DNA of 64,000 nucleotides. Source: Ignavibacteriales bacterium CG18_big_fil_WC_8_21_14_2_50_31_20 (lineage in GTDB: Bacteria; Bacteroidota; Ignavibacteria; Ignavibacteriales; Melioribacteraceae). Made by a program: the position numbers and the translations under genes. The notes below the pieces were generated by a model. That model was not told the DNA's origin. It saw only the letters and a list, made by a program, of their open reading frames with translations, and did no database searches. Every line of letters begins with the position of its first letter. Within the stretch, counting starts at the first letter, position 1. The stretch is from the NCBI GenBank assembly GCA_002786785.1, contig PCUD01000008.1:212-64211 (forward strand), in the 5' to 3' direction. Below, piece after piece: positions 58,129-64,000 of the stretch.

Positions 58129-58192
58129 GTGTGTTTTTATGATAATAAAGGTAAATGACTTAATGACTTTTTACGAAAGGAAATAAAATAAC

Positions 58193-58612
58193 ATGACATT
58201 TCAAAAAGAGATAAATATTGTTGAAAAGAGCAGGGGATTTCACATAATCACAAATGAAGTTCTTAAGCAAATTCCAGAAATTGAAAAAATCAAAATTGGG
58301 ATTGCAAATGTATTTATTAAACATACTTCAGCTTCTCTTACATTAAATGAAAATGTTTCATCGGATGTTTTAAGAGATATGGAAAAATATTTTGGTAAAT
58401 ATGTGCCAGAAGATAACTTATTTTATGAGCACAATTATGAAGGAAGTGATGATATGCCTGCTCATATTAAATCATCAATACTTGGTCAATCAGTTTCAAT
58501 ACCAATCACCAATGGGAAATTAAATCTTGGAACTTGGCAAGGAATTTATCTTGGTGAGCATAGAAATTATGGTGGAGCAAGAAAAATTGTAATAACACTA
58601 TTTGGTGAATGA
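58193..58612 (+). CDS. YjbQ/UPF0047-family protein (secondary thiamine-phosphate synthase-like)
   Basis: NVFIKHTSASLTLNEN...DMPAHIKSSILGQSVSIPITNGKLNLGTWQGIYLGEHR. Confidence 0.85.
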   Translation: MTFQKEINIVEKSRGFHIITNEVLKQIPEIEKIKIGIANVFIKHTSASLTLNENVSSDVLRDMEKYFGKYVPEDNLFYEHNYEGSDDMPAHIKSSILGQSVSIPITNGKLNLGTWQGIYLGEHRNYGGARKIVITLFGE

Positions 58613-58669
58613 AAATAGAACAATTTGTCCTTATATTTATACATTAAATTTTAAGATAGGAATAGTAAT

Positions 58670-60034
58670 ATGGATTTTGAAGTAATTGTAATAGGAAGTG
58701 GGCCTGGTGGTGAAGGAGCTGCAATGAAAGCTGTTAAAGCTGGTAAAAAAGTTGCAATGTGTGATAGCTTTGCAAATATTGGAGGGAATTGTACACATAA
58801 AGGAACAATTCCGAGTAAAGCACTAAGACACGCTACACAGATACTTCAAAATAGAAATGATTTTCGGAACGTAAATTTTCAAGAAATGCTTTCAACCGCA
58901 GAAACAGTTATTAAAAGCCAAATGGATTTGCGAAAGGGTTTTTATATTCGTAACTGGGTGGATATTCTTGACGGTTCTGCTTCGTTTATTGATAAAAATA
59001 CGATTGTGGTGCATCATAGTACCGGTGAAATAAAGGAATATACTTCTGAGTATTTTATAATTGCAACTGGCTCACGTCCTTATCGTCCCGCCGATGTTGA
59101 CTTTTCACACCCAAGGATTGTTGATAGCGATACGGTTCTCGATTTACAAGGGCATCCACAATCAATTACAATTTATGGTGCTGGAGTTATTGGCTGTGAA
59201 TACGCATCTATTTTTAGAGGTTTGCGAACAAAAGTAAATCTAATTAATAATCGTGCTCAACTTTTGTCTTTTTTGGATGATGAAATTGTTGATGCACTTG
59301 CCTATCATTTACGTGAAAACGGTGTAATTATTCGCCATAATGAAGAATATGAAAAAGTTGAAGCTGATGACCATGGCGTAACAATTTATCTGAAATCTAA
59401 TAAAAAAATTAGGACTGATTATCTGCTTTGGGCACAAGGACGAACTGGAAATTCGGATAATATTGGACTTGATAAAATTGGTCTTGACGTTGATTACAAA
59501 GGCTCAATTCAAGTTAATGCAAATCATCAAACAAATATTCCACATATTTATGCAGTAGGAGATATTGTTGGTTATCCAAGTTTGGCTAGTGCTTCATATG
59601 ATCAAGGTAGATTTGCTGCCTCACATCTTGTTGAAGGGAAAAACGATTATCATCTTGTGAAAAATATTCCAACTGGAATTTATACAGTTCCAGAAATTAG
59701 TTCAATTGGAAAAACAGAGAGGGAATTAACAGAGGAGAAAATTCCTTATGAAATAGGGCGCTCATTTTTTAAACATCTTGCTAGAGCTCAAATTACAGGG
59801 GATACTACTGGAGTTCTTAAAATTTTATTTCATCGAGAAACTTTTGAAATTCTTGGAATTCATTGCTTTGGAAATGGTGCTTCAGAAATTATTCATATTG
59901 GACAAGCAATTATGTCGCAACCAGCTGAACATAATAATCTAATGTACTTTGTAAATACAACATTCAACTACCCAACAATGGCTGAAGCCTACCGCGTTGC
60001 AGCTTTGAATGGTTTGAATAGGGTGGAAGAGTAA
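58670..60034 (+). CDS. sthA: Soluble pyridine nucleotide transhydrogenase (Si-specific)
   Basis: [15 protein letters not shown] and [18 protein letters not shown] (single Cys followed by Thr, as in SthA, not a disulfide pair). A second NAD(P) fold is [13 protein letters not shown]. The C-terminal dimerisation domain contains [11 protein letters not shown]. Confidence 0.8.
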   Translation: MDFEVIVIGSGPGGEGAAMKAVKAGKKVAMCDSFANIGGNCTHKGTIPSKALRHATQILQNRNDFRNVNFQEMLSTAETVIKSQMDLRKGFYIRNWVDILDGSASFIDKNTIVVHHSTGEIKEYTSEYFIIATGSRPYRPADVDFSHPRIVDSDTVLDLQGHPQSITIYGAGVIGCEYASIFRGLRTKVNLINNRAQLLSFLDDEIVDALAYHLRENGVIIRHNEEYEKVEADDHGVTIYLKSNKKIRTDYLLWAQGRTGNSDNIGLDKIGLDVDYKGSIQVNANHQTNIPHIYAVGDIVGYPSLASASYDQGRFAASHLVEGKNDYHLVKNIPTGIYTVPEISSIGKTERELTEEKIPYEIGRSFFKHLARAQITGDTTGVLKILFHRETFEILGIHCFGNGASEIIHIGQAIMSQPAEHNNLMYFVNTTFNYPTMAEAYRVAALNGLNRVEE

Positions 60035-60083
60035 AAAATGGAAAAAATTATTAATTCATAATTATTAATGGAGGGGATATCTA

Positions 60084-61178
60084 ATGGCAAAGCAATTTTT
60101 TACGGAACCATTTGATGATGGTACAAAGATTAAGTTAGAAATATTTAGAAGATATTTAGAGTCATGGTTACCTACTTTTACAAAGGCCAAAGAAGTACAT
60201 TGGAAAAATATTTTTATATACGATCTATTTGCTGGTGTTGGCAAGGACAGTGATGGAAATTATGGTAGTCCATTGTTAATTGTTGAAGAACTTAAAAGAC
60301 ATTATAATGCTATTCGTGAGAATGATTTAAATATACATATTGTATTTAATGATTTAGAAAAAGATAATATACAAAAACTTGAATCTGAAGTAAATGTAAT
60401 AGCTCCTAAAAGACCATATAGTATAAAATATTATAATAAAGATTTTAAAGAACTATTTAATGAGTTATTTCCAAAGATGTTAACTCATAGTCAAGAGCCT
60501 ATGTTATTCTTTTGTGATCAGTTTGGAATAAAACATATTACTGAAGAAGTTTTCAATAAAATTCTTAAATTGAAAAGAACAGATTTACTATTTTTTATTT
60601 CTTCTTCTTTTGTTAAACGATTTTCTGAGTTAAATGAATTTCAGAAGTATCTTCAAATTCAAAAGGAGGTTTTTAACGATGCCAGGCCATTTCATAGCCA
60701 TCGAATTGTATTTCAATATTATCAGAATATGGTACCTGAAGATAAGGAGTATTATTTGGCACCATTTTCAATTCAAAAAGGGAAAAATATATATGGACTA
60801 ATATTTGGTTCAAACCATACTTTAGGAATAGAAAAATTTCTTAATATTGGTTGGAAGTTAAATTCAAATTCAGGCGATGCAAATTTCAATATTGATGAGG
60901 AAAAAATAGCAGTTGGGGAATTAGATTTGTTTGAAAGTTTTAATGTACCTAAAAAATGCCAGCTATTTGAAAAGGAACTTTGGGATAATATTTTAAATAG
61001 AAAAATAATTTCTAAGAAACAATTATATTCTTTTACCTTTAATTTTGGATGTTTACCGAAGCATGCTAATTCAGTAATAAATAAATTAGTTAATGATGAA
61101 AAAATTGGGATACTTAAATTATCCTCGCAAAGAATTCATAGTTTAAATGACGAAAAGATTGAGGTATTAAATGAATAA
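60084..61178 (+). CDS. tcmP: Three-Cys-motif partner protein TcmP-like
   Basis: The N-terminal block is TKIKLEIFRRYLESWLPTF. It is followed by IYDLFAGVGKDS (60222-60242), which resembles SAM-methyltransferase motif I. It is paired with and overlaps the DUF5131 gene. A strong SD (ggagggg) lies upstream. Confidence 0.6.
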   Translation: MAKQFFTEPFDDGTKIKLEIFRRYLESWLPTFTKAKEVHWKNIFIYDLFAGVGKDSDGNYGSPLLIVEELKRHYNAIRENDLNIHIVFNDLEKDNIQKLESEVNVIAPKRPYSIKYYNKDFKELFNELFPKMLTHSQEPMLFFCDQFGIKHITEEVFNKILKLKRTDLLFFISSSFVKRFSELNEFQKYLQIQKEVFNDARPFHSHRIVFQYYQNMVPEDKEYYLAPFSIQKGKNIYGLIFGSNHTLGIEKFLNIGWKLNSNSGDANFNIDEEKIAVGELDLFESFNVPKKCQLFEKELWDNILNRKIISKKQLYSFTFNFGCLPKHANSVINKLVNDEKIGILKLSSQRIHSLNDEKIEVLNE

Positions 61179-61920
61179 AACTAAAATAGAATGGACAGAA
61201 GAAACTTGGAATCCTACAACAGGCTGTACCAAAGTAAGTGCTGGTTGTAAGAATTGTTACGCTGAAGCTATGGCAAACAGATTAAAAGCTATGGGGGCAC
61301 CTGGTTATGAAAATGGATTCGAATTTTCAATTCTACCAGAAAGACTTGAGCAACCATTAAAAAAGAAAAAACCAACTAAATATTTTGTTAACTCTATGAG
61401 TGATTTATTTTATGAAGATATGCCGGATAGTTATTTGGATGACATTTTTAATATTATTGAGAAAACACCTCAGCACATCTATCAAATATTGACAAAACGG
61501 GAAGACCGAATGTCTGAATATTTTAGGAAAAAGTCTATTCCAAAAAATATTTGGTTAGGTGTAACCTCGGAGAACAGAAAAAATGGTTTACCTAGAATTG
61601 ATAAACTGAGAAACTTGAAAGCCACGATTAAATTTATATCTATTGAACCTTTATTAGAAGATCTAGGGAAAATTAATTTAGCTGGTATAGATTGGGTGAT
61701 TGTTGGAGGTGAAAGTGGTCCAAAAGCACGCCCAATGAAAGAAGTGTGGGCTGTCAATATAAAAAGACAATGTGAAGAACAAAATGTAGCTTTCTTTTTT
61801 AAGCAGTGGGGAACTTGGGGTTCTGATGGAGTAAAAAGAAATAAAAAATCTAATGGTCGTATTTTATTGGGTAAAGAGTGGAGTGAATATCCAGAATATG
61901 AACTAAATGTAGCTATTTAG
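61171..61920 (+). CDS. DUF5131 (phage Gp37/Gp68-family) three-Cys protein
   Basis: KIEWTEETWNPTTGCTKVSAGCKNCYAE carries C-x6-C-x2-C (Cys codons 61225, 61246, 61255). Also present are VNSMSDLF, ILTKR, WLGVTSEN, ISIEPLLE, WVIVGGESGP and FFFKQWG. It overlaps tcmP by 8 nt. Confidence 0.75.
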   Translation: MNKTKIEWTEETWNPTTGCTKVSAGCKNCYAEAMANRLKAMGAPGYENGFEFSILPERLEQPLKKKKPTKYFVNSMSDLFYEDMPDSYLDDIFNIIEKTPQHIYQILTKREDRMSEYFRKKSIPKNIWLGVTSENRKNGLPRIDKLRNLKATIKFISIEPLLEDLGKINLAGIDWVIVGGESGPKARPMKEVWAVNIKRQCEEQNVAFFFKQWGTWGSDGVKRNKKSNGRILLGKEWSEYPEYELNVAI

Positions 61921-61955
61921 TAGAATATATTAATTTATTAATCAAAAGGAGAATA

Positions 61956-62429
61956 GTGATGAAAGAAGGTTTAATTGAACAACTTAAAACACAAGAAAAA
62001 TTTTTCTTAAATACTGTTAGTGTTTTAACTGAAGAGGATTCAAGTTTCAAACCCAAGGAAGAAATGTACACTGTTGCACAGCAAGTTGCTCATGCCGCCG
62101 ATACAGTCAATTGGTTTTTAGAAGGTGCTTTTGGTAGTGCTGGTTTTGAAATGAATTTTGAAAAATATGATGAAAAAATGAAATCATTTAAATCATTTGA
62201 TGAATCCATTAAATACTTCAAAGATGAATTTGCAAAAGGTATTTCAAGATTGGAAGCTGTTGGAGATTCTGAATTAGTGGCTCCAATAAACGGACCTATT
62301 ATGACTGGTGCTCCTAAATTGGCTGTTGTGGGCGCAATAGCAGACCATACAGCACATCATAGAGGCTCATTAGCTGTTTATGCTCGCTTAATAGGCAAAG
62401 CACCTAAAATGCCATATGGTGAAATGTAA
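61956..62429 (+). CDS. DinB-family (four-helix bundle, metal-binding) protein
   Basis: The His triad pattern is QVAHAADT ... IADHTAHHRGSLAVYARL. An SD (aaggag) lies upstream. The start is GTG 61956 or ATG 61959. Confidence 0.7.
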   Translation: MMKEGLIEQLKTQEKFFLNTVSVLTEEDSSFKPKEEMYTVAQQVAHAADTVNWFLEGAFGSAGFEMNFEKYDEKMKSFKSFDESIKYFKDEFAKGISRLEAVGDSELVAPINGPIMTGAPKLAVVGAIADHTAHHRGSLAVYARLIGKAPKMPYGEM

Positions 62430-62443
62430 TTTTAATTTTTTGT

Positions 62444-62476
62444 GGAAGAGATTATCTATTTTCTCTTCCTTATTTT
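62444..62476 (+). terminator. Probable terminator after the DinB gene
   Basis: ggaagaga-10 nt loop-tctcttcc followed by ttatttta. Confidence 0.55.
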
Positions 62477-62566
62477 AAAGGTAATGTCTTAAATCCAACG
62501 ATTATTTATTAAGTATTCAATCAATTATTTTCTTTATCGCACTCCATTTTTTGTTTTTTTATACAA

Positions 62567-63454
62567 TTGTGTATTATTTTGAAAACCCCAAAACTACATA
62601 TCGGTACTGCTGGCTGGTCTTTTAAAGATTGGGTGCCAGCTTTTTATCCTAAAAATCAATCGGTTAATTTTGATTGGTTACAGTTTTATGCTCATTATTT
62701 CAATTTTGTTGAAGTCAATTCCAGTTATTATACTTATTTAAATCCAATGATTGTTGAAAGCTGGTTACGCAAATTGGAAGATGTTGATGATTTTTCATTT
62801 ACGCTTAAACTTCATCAAGATTTTACACACAAACACAATTTTACAAAAGCAAAAGTAAGTGCAGTTTTGCAAAATCTAAATTTGTTGAAAGATTCAGAAA
62901 GACTAAGCGGATTGCTTATTCAGTTTCCATATTCATTTCAGTTTAACGATTCAAACATGAATTATATGCAAAAAATTATTGAACTATTTGATGGATATAA
63001 CAGATTTGTTGAAGTACGTCATAAATCTTGGCAAACCAAAAAGGCAAAATCAATTACATTCTGCACAGTTGATCAGCCCAATATTGGCGAATCTATTGAA
63101 TTTAATCCAGTGGTTGGAAATCAAGCAATGTACATTCGTTTTCATGGAAGAAATGAAGAAGCATGGATAAACTCATTAAGTAATTTCGGGAAGAAACAAA
63201 CGTACGAAGAGCAAAGTTCACGTTATGAGTACTTGTATTTACCTGGTGAATTAGTATCCTTTAATAGACAAATTAAAGAAGTTTATGACCAAGTGAAGGA
63301 TGTTTATATTGTTATGAATAATCATCCCAAAGGAAATGCGGTTGCAAATGCATTTGAATTACTACATCTTCTGAAGAATAGAGAGAAAATAATTCTTCCA
63401 GAAACAATTAGTAATACATTTCCAAGACTAAAAATAATTTCGAATAATCATTAA
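62567..63454 (+). CDS. DUF72 (UPF0759) family protein
   Basis: LHIGTAGWSFKDW, FNFVEVNSSYY and VEVRHKSW are typical DUF72 blocks. The start is TTG 62567 or TTG 62579. Confidence 0.75.
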   Translation: MCIILKTPKLHIGTAGWSFKDWVPAFYPKNQSVNFDWLQFYAHYFNFVEVNSSYYTYLNPMIVESWLRKLEDVDDFSFTLKLHQDFTHKHNFTKAKVSAVLQNLNLLKDSERLSGLLIQFPYSFQFNDSNMNYMQKIIELFDGYNRFVEVRHKSWQTKKAKSITFCTVDQPNIGESIEFNPVVGNQAMYIRFHGRNEEAWINSLSNFGKKQTYEEQSSRYEYLYLPGELVSFNRQIKEVYDQVKDVYIVMNNHPKGNAVANAFELLHLLKNREKIILPETISNTFPRLKIISNNH

Positions 63455-63531
63455 TAAAGCAAAGATTCCATTCGTCACTAAATTACAAATATAATCTTTG
63501 CTAAAATTGAAGAATTAAGAACAGAAATTAT

Positions 63532-64000
63532 TTAATTTATAACTTGTCTCTTGATAATCAATTTATCATATAATAAAATTAAAATAGCTGAGCCAAGTGC
63601 AATTATTGCAAAAATTAGCCACATTAAATCAGGTCGTTGCATATCTCGTGCAAATGCAGCATATAGTTGTCCAGAAAGAATTCCACCAAAAAGATTTCCG
63701 AGCGCAACACACCAATAAAAATAACCCATATAAAGTGCAACTTTTTCAGGGGGTGCAATTCGTCCAGTATATTCTTTTGATTTAGGCGAAGCCATCATTT
63801 CGCCAAAAGAAAAGACTAAAATTCCAGCAAGAGTAATAATTCCAACAGTACCAAAAATCAAAATGGAAAAAGATACAACTGTAATAATTGTTCCCCAAAA
63901 AATTGTCGTAAACGCTTTTAACCTTGTTACAAGATATGAAACCAGCACTTGGAAAAAGATAATTGCTCCTGCATTCATGTTTATTAAATACTCTGGATTA
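63532..64000 (-). CDS. C-terminal part of an MFS-type (POT/peptide-transporter-like) permease, 5-prime end beyond the window
   Basis: The minus-strand frame remains open to base 64000 (..NPEYLINMNAGAII..). The product is a run of hydrophobic helices. Confidence 0.55.
   Translation of the reverse strand, partial: NPEYLINMNAGAIIFFQVLVSYLVTRLKAFTTIFWGTIITVVSFSILIFGTVGIITLAGILVFSFGEMMASPKSKEYTGRIAPPEKVALYMGYFYWCVALGNLFGGILSGQLYAAFARDMQRPDLMWLIFAIIALGSAILILLYDKLIIKRQVIN

Noticed and set aside
60035-60083. Near-palindrome attattaatt-cat-aattattaat between sthA and tcmP, considered as an insertion-site or operator signal.
   Set aside because: It is A/T-only with one mismatch, and similar strings are common throughout the window. 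This is not distinguishable from background.
61171-61920. Prophage remnant, suggested by the family name phage Gp37/Gp68.
   Set aside because: There are no integrase, capsid, tail, terminase or repressor genes nearby, and I could see no att-like direct repeats. The flanks are housekeeping genes. I treat it as a cellular two-gene module instead.
63458-63502. Hairpin agcaaagatt-25 nt loop-aatctttgct between the convergent DUF72 and MFS genes.
   Set aside because: The loop is long and there is no clear T-run on either side. It is only a weak candidate for a bidirectional terminator, so it is not listed as a feature.
1-64000. tRNA, rRNA, tmRNA, RNase P or other structured RNA genes.
   Set aside because: No G+C-rich non-coding islands of suitable size exist apart from the 24-nt hairpin repeats near 57.7-58.1 kb. 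All long intergenic regions are A/T-rich and unstructured by eye. A covariance-model scan (Infernal/tRNAscan) would be needed to exclude small RNAs formally.

Overview
This is an AT-rich, gene-dense chromosomal segment, coded almost entirely on the plus strand. All calls come from reading the supplied translations and the DNA by eye; no searches were run. The protein repertoire points to an Ignavibacteriota/Bacteroidota-type (FCB group) bacterium, which is an inference. Supporting proteins are T9SS C-terminal sorting domains, a PorV-like protein, a 286-aa FCB-type primary sigma factor, and a TonB-dependent receptor followed by a DUF4249-like lipoprotein. Layout: (1) 1-3.9 kb holds T9SS cargo, a PorV-like protein and a SurA-like protein. 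(2) 3.9-23.6 kb is a large glycan (probably beta-mannoside) locus. It contains an ABC importer, two conserved 29-codon micro-ORFs, a GT4 fusion protein, two GH130-type phosphorylase-like genes, a GH2 beta-mannosidase, an aldo/keto reductase, a T9SS-sorted LamG protein, an (alpha/alpha)6 enzyme and a distal MsmK-like ATPase. (3) 23.6-41.7 kb holds the TonB receptor module plus housekeeping genes: proline dehydrogenase, tsaD, a HisA-like gene, USP, a nagB fusion, thioredoxin, rpoD, an NlpC/P60-epimerase pair, a VIT transporter and a GH9 cellulase. (4) 41.8-56.4 kb is a co-directional nine-gene synthase-dependent exopolysaccharide locus with unusual regulatory parts, and is my best candidate for an undescribed system. 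(5) 56.5-64 kb holds lexA-ogt behind a perfect 26-bp palindrome, a GIY-YIG gene bracketed by perfect inverted repeats, yjbQ, sthA, an inserted TcmP + DUF5131 (three-Cys) gene pair (my second candidate system), DinB, DUF72 and a truncated MFS gene. I saw no rRNA, tRNA, CRISPR array, integrase or transposase.
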